This document shows positions 23,810 through 31,243 of a stretch of 31,411 nt of DNA, piece after piece (position 1 is the stretch's first letter; each line of letters begins with the position of its first letter). The position numbers and the translations under genes were made by a program. The DNA is from a virus. The stretch covers positions 1-31,411 of the IMG/VR virus record IMGVR_UViG_2852270433_000001; one strand, written 5' to 3'. Below the pieces are notes generated by a model, which was not told the DNA's origin, made no database searches, and was given only the letters and a program-made list of their open reading frames with translations.

Positions 23810-24811
23810 CAGTCCTAATTCTTTTCTCCATTCTCGCAGTTCTTTCGCCGCCGTGTCGGTATCCACAACGGGCCCTTCCGGCTGCCGTGGTTCTTCGGGC
23901 TTCGGCTTCTTGCGGGATGCTGCCGGCTTCCAGCGTGTTTCCTTCGCCCAGCGATCCGCGTGGGTGAGCACATCCCCGAAGCACTCCCAAAACTTCTTGC
24001 GGCTGTCCGGACGCCAAAAAGCCTTATTACTCCGGTCATGCGTCAAGCTGCTGGCGTAGTAAGCCTTGAGCATCTCCATATCCCGCGGCGTCACCCGCCC
24101 CTGTGCGGATCGGTAAGCCTCAAGTGCGGCGGCCTGCTCAAGGGCGGTTGGCAAAGTCCGGGACCAGGATGGGTTGATTGCAAGGGTGGCAACCACAAAC
24201 CGGGCAGCACCGGGAGAAGATCCCAGGTCCGCGTGGTTGTCGGCGCAGTGCATCCCCCGGACGTCGTTCAAGCGTTCCCGATCCGGGAAAGGAGAGGCAG
24301 GCAGCGCAGGAGCAGTGGACGGCTCTTCCCCCGGTGTACTGTCCACCGTAGTAGTTTCTCCCTCTCTATTCCCTTTCTTTTCTTTTCCTTTCTTTTCGCT
24401 TTCCGACGGAGTGTCATTTGCTATCCAAGGTTGGTTTCCTATGTTGGAGCCAACGTTGGTTTCCGGCATAGGTTCCGACGTTGGTTTCCGGCCTCCCTTC
24501 CTGCCATTGGCACGCGCAATTTCTCTTTTGCGCTCAATTTCTCGCTGGGCGTCAGCAGGATAAAAAGAAATGACAAGATCGTCCCCGTCCCAGTGGTACA
24601 ATCCGCAGGACTCGGCTACCTCGGAGGCCATGACCCCGCAAGACTGCATCCAGCGGCGATCTCCCCAGGACCTGGCCCCGGCAATCCGTCCCATGTTCTC
24701 CTGGTCGCAGGACCAGGCTACGAGGGAAAGCCAGGTGGCCCTCTGGGTGGGATCGGCGCCGATGTACTCATAGGAGCGGATAACGTAAAGTGGTATATTA
24801 ATGTATTCCAT
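23801..24811 (-). CDS. Putative replication initiation / replisome organiser protein
   Basis: 336-aa ORF at the end of the early operon: an N-terminal globular domain, a central Lys/Glu/Gly-rich linker and a C-terminal domain. Three DNA iterons and a polypyrimidine tract lie inside the linker coding region, as lambda ori lies within gene O. Confidence 0.4.
   Translation of the reverse strand: MEYINIPLYVIRSYEYIGADPTQRATWLSLVAWSCDQENMGRIAGARSWGDRRWMQSCGVMASEVAESCGLYHWDGDDLVISFYPADAQREIERKREIARANGRKGGRKPTSEPMPETNVGSNIGNQPWIANDTPSESEKKGKEKKGNREGETTTVDSTPGEEPSTAPALPASPFPDRERLNDVRGMHCADNHADLGSSPGAARFVVATLAINPSWSRTLPTALEQAAALEAYRSAQGRVTPRDMEMLKAYYASSLTHDRSNKAFWRPDSRKKFWECFGDVLTHADRWAKETRWKPAASRKKPKPEEPRQPEGPVVDTDTAAKELREWRKELGLGG
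24430..24492. repeat. Three iterons at 25-bp spacing (ori candidate)
   Basis: GTTGGTTTCC at 24430, 24455 and 24480. Copies 2 and 3 share the 15-mer ACGTTGGTTTCCGGC. The adjacent tract 24355-24404 is 48/50 pyrimidine on the + strand. Confidence 0.55.
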
Positions 24812-24814
24812 ATC

Positions 24815-25339
24815 CTATAACCCTTCTGTCTCTTTTACTCCTTCGCCAAATGTGGGTGAGAGCTGTATTTTTCTGCCTTGAACAGTATTGATCTTTAACG
24901 GTTTCTGGATGTATAGACACGCTGTCAAAAGGCTTATTTCTGCGGCGCGGTTTATATCAGGGAAGCGGCCGCTGGGTCGGATTTCCCGAACCCTTCCGCC
25001 AGGGAGAACATACAGTAATCCCCAAAGTCCCGGCACGTCATCAAAAGTGATGACTCCCGGCTCGCATATGTAATACCGATACATACCCATTCCTTTTTTA
25101 GGATGGATGCGGAACGGCTTTTTAAGGTCTGCCAAAAAGTCCGCTCGGCTGGTTTTTGCCTCCACAAGAACGCTCGCATATCCGCCAAACCCTATGGCGT
25201 CAGGCTTCTCGTCAGTAATAATGCAATTCGGTTCAGCGATCGCTACCCGGCAACGTTTAGTGCCCATAAGCCAGCGTTCTGCTATTTCGCACAGTTCCCG
25301 GTGCGTCCGTGGAATTAAAGATGTTGGTTTGCGTGGCAT
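24815..25339 (-). CDS. PD-(D/E)xK nuclease-like protein (MmcB/DUF1052-like pattern)
   Basis: 174 aa. EKPDAIGF...SVLVEAKTSRADFLADLKKPF matches the D...(E/V)-x-K-x-S-R-x-D-F core of MmcB-type proteins. Confidence 0.45.
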   Translation of the reverse strand: MPRKPTSLIPRTHRELCEIAERWLMGTKRCRVAIAEPNCIITDEKPDAIGFGGYASVLVEAKTSRADFLADLKKPFRIHPKKGMGMYRYYICEPGVITFDDVPGLWGLLYVLPGGRVREIRPSGRFPDINRAAEISLLTACLYIQKPLKINTVQGRKIQLSPTFGEGVKETEGL

Positions 25340-25351
25340 ATCAAAAAAGCG

Positions 25352-25821
25352 TCAGTTGGGGGTTGTAGATTTCATGAAGACGAGGAAGACAGTCTTCCCG
25401 CGACGGTGCCCGAACAAAGGTTCCCGGCTGGCCAGTTTCAGCACTTTTGCCGTTGAAATCTGATCCTCGCACCACTTGAACACCAGGATTCCTCCCGGCT
25501 CCAGCACCCGGAAACACTCACGGAAGCCGGCCTTCAAATCCTCCCGCCAAGTCTCCCGGTCCAGTTTTCCGTACTTTATGGCCAGCCAGCTATTTTCTCC
25601 GGCGTGGAGCAAGTGCGGAGGGTCGAACACGACAAGTCGAAACGTTCCGTCGCTGAAAGGCTCTTTCGGCAATCTCCGACAACATCCGGCTTGATTTCCA
25701 GGGCGCGCCCGTCGCAAAGAGTGTGAGACTCCTCCCGGCGATCCATGAACACCACGTCGGGATTTTGCCGATCGAACCAGAACATGCGGGACCCGCAGCA
25801 GGCGTCAAGAATGGTTTTCAT
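25352..25821 (-). pseudogene. SAM-dependent (DNA) methyltransferase split by a frameshift
   Basis: Frame A (25576-25821) encodes MKTILDACCGSRMFWFD...IKPDVVGD (motif I). Frame B (25352-25717) continues with RRLPKEPFSDGTFRLVVFDPPHL... (motif IV DPPH) and ...VLEPGGILVFKW. The two frames overlap around 25660-25690 and a -1 shift is needed to join them. Confidence 0.7.
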
Positions 25822-27232
25822 GCCCCCTCCTTTCTACAATCTGAATCCTGCGTCCGATATACCACATGACCGGCACGGCCATGCTGTTTCCCGTAGCTTT
25901 ATAGCGGTGGCTGTCCGGGCAATCCTCGGCAGATTTGCCCCTCCACGGAATCAACGTCCAGTCATCTGGGAAACCCTGCAAACGCTCGCACTCCCGCGGC
26001 GTCAGACGGCGCACAATGTAGTGATAAACTGGATTATACTGCAACACCATGTTATTTCCTTGACCGGCTTTTCCACCGCCGCATGAGACTGTGGGCTGAA
26101 CATCTTCGTAGAGCCTCATTTCCGCCCTCTGGTTTTCATAAAGACCAAAGCACACTCCCGGAATCTTCCCGCCGGCCGTCAGGGTGTACATGGGATCTCC
26201 CACATCCCCCCAGCCTTTTCCGGTCACGTCATTGTCGCTCTGCCGTATGGCGTTGCGTATATCCACAGGGAGGCACACGCATTGATTGACGGCTCCTCCG
26301 CCGTGACCGCTCCGCAATGTCGGAGCTACATCAACACAGGCATCCCTTCCCGCGTCGTTTTGGGTAAAAACCACCAGATTTTGACACTCATCCCCTGCCG
26401 GACCTCCCGTCCCCTTCGCCCAATGAGCCGTAACGCACGGCGCCACATCAGGCACCAGGTACGCCCCGCGCTGCCTGAAAATCTCCTGGTCGCTCATGCC
26501 GACTCCTGACTTGTGGGCGAACAAGGTGGGGTGGACTCGTCCCCCATCCCAATGCGAACCCTCAAAGCGGCTTCCAGCATCTCCGGCAGCTTCTTTCCAC
26601 GCCTTTCGGCACGCCTCAAGATCCCCCGGCACGCGTTCGCCGACAGGTAATAGCGCGTCGGCACAGGCCCAGTTTCCAGCACCTGCCACAGCCAGGACAA
26701 ACACACGTTTTCGTCGCTGGGGAACTCGGTGCCATTGGGCGTCAAGCACCCTCCACGCCACGGTTCTTTTGGGGCCGGCCACCACACCGCTATTGGGGTG
26801 CTTCCTCCCTCCCCCTGGAGGGAGGACGGGGGCGTCAGCTCCGCAAAGAGCGCCCAGGAAGCATCCAAACGCATTATCCGGCGTAGATAAGACTCCGGGG
26901 ACATTTTCCCACAAGACCCATTTAGGGGCAAAGTGGTCAGCCATGCGGCAGAAAGTGAGGCAGAGGTTTCCCCGGTCATCTCCGAGACTGCCGCGCTTTC
27001 CGGCGACGCTGAACGCCTGGCAGGGGGTTCCTCCGACCAAAAGGTCAATTGCTGGTATATTCCATTCATGGTATTTTGTCATATCGCCGAGGTTAGGAAT
27101 GTCCGGAAACCGCTCGGCGAGGACGGCGGACGGAAAAGGTTCAATTTCGGAAAAAGCCACGGGGGCCCATCCCAGGGGTTCCCATGCCACGGATGCGGCT
27201 TCGATGCCAGAGCAGACGGAGAGGTATTTCAT
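25805..27232 (-). CDS. dcm: DNA (cytosine-5)-methyltransferase
   Basis: 475 aa with motif I SVCSGIEA, motif IV GGTPCQAFS, motif VI WENVPGVLS, RRLTPRECERLQGFPDDWT and motif X ATGNSMAVPV. Confidence 0.92.
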   Translation of the reverse strand: MKYLSVCSGIEAASVAWEPLGWAPVAFSEIEPFPSAVLAERFPDIPNLGDMTKYHEWNIPAIDLLVGGTPCQAFSVAGKRGSLGDDRGNLCLTFCRMADHFAPKWVLWENVPGVLSTPDNAFGCFLGALCGADAPVLPPGGGRKHPNSGVVAGPKRTVAWRVLDAQWHRVPQRRKRVFVLAVAGAGNWACADALLPVGERVPGDLEACRKAWKEAAGDAGSRFEGSHWDGGRVHPTLFAHKSGVGMSDQEIFRQRGAYLVPDVAPCVTAHWAKGTGGPAGDECQNLVVFTQNDAGRDACVDVAPTLRSGHGGGAVNQCVCLPVDIRNAIRQSDNDVTGKGWGDVGDPMYTLTAGGKIPGVCFGLYENQRAEMRLYEDVQPTVSCGGGKAGQGNNMVLQYNPVYHYIVRRLTPRECERLQGFPDDWTLIPWRGKSAEDCPDSHRYKATGNSMAVPVMWYIGRRIQIVERRGHENHS

Positions 27233-27552
27233 GATTCCCCCTCCTTTCTTGGTTCCCAGTTGACAGGATCAGCCCATTGAGAACATTTCGCGCAGGGGGA
27301 ATTTGATGCAGGTAATTTGAAGTGCAGACAGTTATTGCAATATCTGTCTTCCATTGGCACCCACGCCCGGCACGCGGCACGCTTCTGCCATGCGTCACGG
27401 ATGGCATCTTCAACGCCGTACATTATCCGGGGTTCTCCGTGGTAATCGCCGCATTCTTTGAAGCCTTCTGTGAAGCGCATGAGGCTTTTCCGCTCTTTCA
27501 GGATTCCAAGGGCTTCTCCGTACTTCAAAATATCTTTCTGTTCAGCATTCAT
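27229..27552 (-). CDS. Hypothetical Cys-rich protein
   Basis: 107-aa ORF, ATGA-coupled at both ends (27549-27552 and 27229-27232), with a C-terminal CNNC...CAKC cluster. Confidence 0.5.
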   Translation of the reverse strand: MNAEQKDILKYGEALGILKERKSLMRFTEGFKECGDYHGEPRIMYGVEDAIRDAWQKRAACRAWVPMEDRYCNNCLHFKLPASNSPCAKCSQWADPVNWEPRKEGES

Positions 27553-27653
27553 TTTCCTTTTATTTTGAATATAATATATTGGATAATTAAAATAATCCCC
27601 AACACGATTAAAACTGAAACCGTGATAATATCAAATAAATCAATAATTATCAT
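27549..27653 (-). CDS. 34-aa single-TM micro-ORF
   Basis: MIIIDLFDIITVSVLIVLGIILIIQYIIFKIKGK. Both ends overlap neighbouring genes as ATGA. It lies in a ~20 percent GC tract and is below the ORF-track cutoff. Confidence 0.3.
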   Translation of the reverse strand: MIIIDLFDIITVSVLIVLGIILIIQYIIFKIKGK

Positions 27654-27811
27654 TTATTATCATCCTTTCTTGGTTCATCGTCGCTGTATTCTATAAAAAC
27701 TCTTATAGCATCTAGAAAACCTTTAATCTTTCCTGCCAGGTAATAGTAATACCCAAAGACAGCAATGGTGGCCAATATAACGAAAAGCTGTATAATATCA
27801 AAAAGCATCAT
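27650..27811 (-). CDS. 53-aa single-TM micro-ORF
   Basis: MMLFDIIQLFVILATIAVFGYYYYLAGKIKGFLDAIRVFIEYSDDEPRKDDNK. ATGA overlaps at both ends. Below the ORF-track cutoff. Confidence 0.35.
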   Translation of the reverse strand: MMLFDIIQLFVILATIAVFGYYYYLAGKIKGFLDAIRVFIEYSDDEPRKDDNK

Positions 27812-28041
27812 TTGGCTCCTTTCCGTTTAAGTGTCATCTCATTCTTTTCGGGATTTGTGTTAAGTTCATACGCCAAATCTTCCGCTTTGAAATAGGATTC
27901 AGCTTGTGACAATGGGTTAATGTAAAAAATAGCTACAAGTTCGTTCTGTTTTATGTCAAATACCTCATACCCTCCAACTCTATCATCAGGTAAAAACATT
28001 GTGCCCCTATGTACTCGTACAATAAAGTTATCATCGTCCAT
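27808..28041 (-). CDS. Hypothetical protein
   Basis: 77 aa from the ATG at 28041 (MDDDNFIV...), preceded by AAGGAGG with a 5-nt spacer. The longer track form lacks an RBS. Confidence 0.5.
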   Translation of the reverse strand: MDDDNFIVRVHRGTMFLPDDRVGGYEVFDIKQNELVAIFYINPLSQAESYFKAEDLAYELNTNPEKNEMTLKRKGAK

Positions 28042-28405
28042 TGTCCCCTCCTTTCTGTTTAAGTTCCCACGGCCACTTTTCAATAACATGTTGTTCTATA
28101 ATATATTTATTTCCTTGCGAGTTTATCACCATCAGTTCTCCACACTGCATGTCCTTATCAAGAACCGTGACAGGATCGGTTCCCCATAAAACCTCATCTC
28201 CGGGCCAAACCCTCATGATGGGCGGGAACAGAGAAACAAGCCTATCCATATCTTCAATACATGCCTTCTTGCTTTTCCAAAAATGGGAACTCTGGAAGAA
28301 GCAGTTGTAGCAACCAGCAACCCAGTCGGTTGTTATTCCCTGAACATCATATCCTCGTATGGCTTTCAAAGGTGTGCCGCAAATAGGGCATTGAAGCGTT
28401 TTCAT
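28031..28405 (-). CDS. Lar-like (restriction alleviation) zinc-ribbon protein with a C-terminal extension
   Basis: The N-terminus LQCPICGTPL...GCYNCFFQSSHFWKSKKACIEDMDRL follows the Lar family pattern CPFCG...C.nC......f.s..eAie.WN. It lies next to the recT/exonuclease genes, as lar does in the Rac prophage. Confidence 0.4.
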   Translation of the reverse strand: MKTLQCPICGTPLKAIRGYDVQGITTDWVAGCYNCFFQSSHFWKSKKACIEDMDRLVSLFPPIMRVWPGDEVLWGTDPVTVLDKDMQCGELMVINSQGNKYIIEQHVIEKWPWELKQKGGDNGR

Positions 28406-28746
28406 TTAATATCTCCTTCTTGTATGATTTCCACGTTCCAGCCTGTTTTCATTTTTTGAACAGCTACAAAAACAAAGGGGAACTTATCAGCCGCCGCCTT
28501 GATTTTTACCCGGGCATCGTCACGCCAGAAGCCTTTCACTTCGTGGAATTCAAGGGTGCCGTCAGGACGGACGACCATGAAGTCGGGTGTGTAGGAGCAT
28601 CGGCTCCCAAGGATCAGTTTGACGGCCTCAAACTTGAATTCCCTTATCTCTCCCTTGGCTTGGAGGCTGGACAAGTAAAAGCCATAGTCGGCTTCCGTCT
28701 TGTTCATCACTCCGGGCCGGTGGATCGCTCTTGCCATAGTCCTCAT
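28402..28746 (-). CDS. DUF1064-like PD-(D/E)xK nuclease (possible junction resolvase)
   Basis: 114 aa. SYTPDFMVVRPDGTLEFHEVKGFW...VKIKAAADKFP matches the Y.pDF.v...dG....eVKG......K.K pattern. Confidence 0.55.
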   Translation of the reverse strand: MRTMARAIHRPGVMNKTEADYGFYLSSLQAKGEIREFKFEAVKLILGSRCSYTPDFMVVRPDGTLEFHEVKGFWRDDARVKIKAAADKFPFVFVAVQKMKTGWNVEIIQEGDIK

Positions 28747-29411
28747 GCCGCCCTCCCTTCTGTGTCCGGGCGGATTTGGGGCATAATGCGAGTGTAAGCC
28801 TCAAGGTATTTTGGGCCGAATTCGTCCAGAGCCGCCTTGATACGGTCGGTGTACTCGTCCCATTCCACCTTGATTAAAAACGGACGCAGGCCGGGGCAAT
28901 AGGAGAGGAAATACCATGCACGCAAGCCAGTCACCGCCATGGAGCCGTGCACCTGGGGTTTGTATTTGTCCGGCAATACGCCGTCCAGCAGATACCGGGC
29001 ATGATGCTTGGAGAGAGGGCACTTGATTTCAAGGCCAGCTTCCACGGCTTCTAGGGCATCACCCACTAGCCCGTCAGGGCTGCACCCTATGGGCGCTTTT
29101 TTGCGGCGGATAAAGCCCACTTCCAGCACCTTCTTCCCGGTCAATTCTGTGAAGAGTTCACGGGCTTCCGGTTCAAGGGCTTCGCCGCGGTCCGTGTGAA
29201 AGTTCCCTTCAAATTTGATTTCGTCCGGACGGAGGCAGGAGCAGCACAATTCAATGATTAAATCATCCTGCTGGGCTGACGGTTTCCCGGTTTTGGGAGT
29301 GATCAGCCGGTCAAGATTGCTGGCGGTCAGATGCCCAGAACGCAGCTTAAACCACAGGTCGCTACGTTGCGGCACGTCATCATAGATGACTATATTTTCA
29401 AGATCCAACAT
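28743..29411 (-). CDS. YqaJ-type viral recombinase exonuclease
   Basis: 222 aa. The N-terminal RSDLWFKLRSGHLTASNLDRLI (W...R.G.iTaS) and the downstream acidic/Lys catalytic pattern fit. It is paired with recT. Confidence 0.8.
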   Translation of the reverse strand: MLDLENIVIYDDVPQRSDLWFKLRSGHLTASNLDRLITPKTGKPSAQQDDLIIELCCSCLRPDEIKFEGNFHTDRGEALEPEARELFTELTGKKVLEVGFIRRKKAPIGCSPDGLVGDALEAVEAGLEIKCPLSKHHARYLLDGVLPDKYKPQVHGSMAVTGLRAWYFLSYCPGLRPFLIKVEWDEYTDRIKAALDEFGPKYLEAYTRIMPQIRPDTEGRAA

Positions 29412-29414
29412 GGC

Positions 29415-30347
29415 TTAATAGTCCTCTCTATTGGCTGGCACGAATTTGCGCTGTGGCACATTCATGCATTCAAAAAAATCGTCCGTCTGTTCTTTGGGTT
29501 CAGGCAATCCTTCCGTCACCGGGGACTGTTTTTCCTCCGGTTCGGGCGGATTAAAGGGGTCTATTTCCTCGTTTTCTTCCTTGTTCGGTGTCACATTCCT
29601 CATTTCCTTGGCGAATTCATGATCGTCGGCGCTCTGCAACGCTTCCTGGATGCACAGAGGCAAATCCCATTGCTTGGAGGCACGCTTGATGACGGTTTTC
29701 AGCCCCATCTGATCAAAGTCGGTCACCCACGGCCCCACTATTTCCCCTTTCTTGTTCCTTGATTTGGTTCGGTGCATGATTTCCTCAACGGCGTGCAGGC
29801 TCATACGTTCCCCATGCAAATAGCTGTCCTTGTCTGTCCATGTGCAGTAAAAGCCCCTGATGGGATCTTTGGTATCGTCCCATCCCGGTATATGACCCAT
29901 CGTGAATTTGCCGTCATCCAGGCGCCAGGAGAACGGCTCTCCTTCCCGGACAATGCCGATGTTAAGATTGGTGACACCATTGGAGCGGGCCATACGCATC
30001 AGCCCCCGGGCGGAAGGTATCGCTGCGCAAGTTAAGATTGACTGTCCGCTTGACTTATCGTTGACCCAGAAGGGTACCAGATAGCCGTGGATGCCGTCCG
30101 GCTCGCAACGCATCATCAGGAGGTTCTTGAGGGCGGAAATCAGCGTCACAGGGGCGCATTTCTGCAGTTGCGGGGTTTTCTGGCAGCAGTGCCAGAAGAT
30201 GCTGATGCAACGTTCCGGCGTCATTATGCCCTCAACGAGTCCCGTTATGGCGTTTTTCATGTCTTTCGACATGACAATTTCATAGAGTGTCTTTTTTGGG
30301 ACTGGATTTTGAGGCAAATTGAGTTTATCTATTGGTTCGTTACTCAT
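29415..30347 (-). CDS. recT: RecT-family single-strand annealing protein
   Basis: 310 aa. GYLVPF...IPSARGLMRMARSNG...IVREGEPF...GPW...MGLKTVIKRASKQWDLP follows the RecT consensus. Confidence 0.8.
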   Translation of the reverse strand: MSNEPIDKLNLPQNPVPKKTLYEIVMSKDMKNAITGLVEGIMTPERCISIFWHCCQKTPQLQKCAPVTLISALKNLLMMRCEPDGIHGYLVPFWVNDKSSGQSILTCAAIPSARGLMRMARSNGVTNLNIGIVREGEPFSWRLDDGKFTMGHIPGWDDTKDPIRGFYCTWTDKDSYLHGERMSLHAVEEIMHRTKSRNKKGEIVGPWVTDFDQMGLKTVIKRASKQWDLPLCIQEALQSADDHEFAKEMRNVTPNKEENEEIDPFNPPEPEEKQSPVTEGLPEPKEQTDDFFECMNVPQRKFVPANREDY

Positions 30348-30372
30348 CTTCGTTCATGTTGTGTTGTAACAG

Positions 30373-30410
30373 GCCGGGTTCAGTTGCCGCTGACCCGGCT
30401 ATTTTGTTTC
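30373..30410 (+). terminator. Terminator-like hairpin oriented against the early operon
   Basis: GCCGGGTTCAG-TTGCCG-CTGACCCGGC: a 10-bp stem with one bulged T, followed on the + strand by TATTTTGTTTC. It lies in the gap between the recT gene and the gene upstream of it, both on the minus strand. Confidence 0.35.
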
Positions 30411-30804
30411 AGTTAAAAAAGGTTTTAATCAGCAGGAAGAAGACAAATAAGATAAATCCTCCTGCCAAGACGATCAGAGACCACACAAAAAAGGCCATGA
30501 ACTTTTCAAAGAGCCTTTCTATCCCAAAGGCTTTGGGCTTGGCTTCTTGGGTGTAGTTCCAGCACCGTTCCGCGTCGTCCGGGATGCCGTTGAGGCGTTC
30601 CCGGGCACACAAAGGGCACAGAAACCGGGCGCAGAAGACCCCGTTCTGATGGTCCCCTACAAGAGACATCCATGAAGTCGAGGCTTTCAGCGGCTCGGCG
30701 CACATGTAACAGCGGGTCGTCTTGGACGGGTGCGGGTTGTCGGTGAGCGTTTCCACCATCCCCTTGAAGGGGCCCCGGTCAATGATGTGTTGATGTGTGG
30801 TCAT
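30409..30804 (-). CDS. Cys-rich (CxxC...CxxC) protein with a C-terminal membrane anchor
   Basis: 131 aa with CYMCAEP and CPLCARE motifs and the terminal hydrophobic helix FFVWSLIVLAGGFILFVFFLLI. Its ATG overlaps the upstream stop as ATGA. Confidence 0.5.
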   Translation of the reverse strand: MTTHQHIIDRGPFKGMVETLTDNPHPSKTTRCYMCAEPLKASTSWMSLVGDHQNGVFCARFLCPLCARERLNGIPDDAERCWNYTQEAKPKAFGIERLFEKFMAFFVWSLIVLAGGFILFVFFLLIKTFFN

Positions 30805-31112
30805 TTTCTTTTGTTAGTTAAGTATTTTTCCACGTCTTCCATGTTATAAAGGGTTCCTTTTCCGACTCCTTCCAGCCTTCTTACATTCTTCCCCGCCCGT
30901 GCCAGAATGTTGTCCATCTGCCGGGATGAAATGTCATAATAAGTGGCTAAGGTGGAGCTTTTAGCGTATTTCTTTTCGATTGCTCCGAAAATGGAAACGG
31001 AAGACGATTCAGGCGTAGAAGGAACAGGCGTTGTTGCCAGCTCCCGCAATACTCCGGCCAGCGTTTCCAGCGCGGTCGCAAGGGTGGTCATGGTTGTGTC
31101 GTTTTCGCTCAT
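30801..31112 (-). CDS. Small HTH DNA-binding protein (excisionase/AlpA-like or early regulator)
   Basis: 103 aa. The C-terminal STLATYYDISSRQMDNILARAG...GTLYNMEDVEKYL resembles HTH_17/MerR-type excisionase-family folds. Confidence 0.45.
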   Translation of the reverse strand: MSENDTTMTTLATALETLAGVLRELATTPVPSTPESSSVSIFGAIEKKYAKSSTLATYYDISSRQMDNILARAGKNVRRLEGVGKGTLYNMEDVEKYLTNKRK

Positions 31113-31243
31113 GTTCGTTCTTCTGAATTGGCCGCCCGGACGGGTTTCCCCGCGCCTGCCAGACCGTATTACTCTATATACCTATGATGTTTTTGGTTTT
31201 GGTTTTAGGCCCCACCTGGGCCGGGCGATTGGTTAAAAGTCAG

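Noticed and set aside
25640-25720. Programmed ribosomal frameshift joining the two methyltransferase frames
   Set aside because: There is no slippery heptamer or downstream pseudoknot-like structure at the frame junction. A simple 1-nt deletion or an assembly error is more parsimonious.
448-27263. Many long ORFs antisense to or out of frame with the called genes, for example 448-1017(-), 1245-1775(+), 2564-3373(+), 3392-4264(+), 5979-6953(+), 8150-9031(+), 13085-13882(+), 14589-15212(+), 19237-19851(+), 20233-20955(+), 21484-22050(+), 23960-24820(+) and 26496-27263(+)
   Set aside because: They overlap genes with clear motifs on the opposite strand or another frame. Their translations are Arg/Gly/Pro/Ser-rich low-complexity sequence, typical of shadow ORFs in ~60 percent GC DNA. 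They lack sensible starts and gene spacing.
31113-31243. Early promoter or att site in the gap upstream of the HTH gene
   Set aside because: The gap contains AAAACC repeats and a TATATA stretch but no convincing -35/-10 pair at proper spacing, and no repeat shared with the left end of the window.
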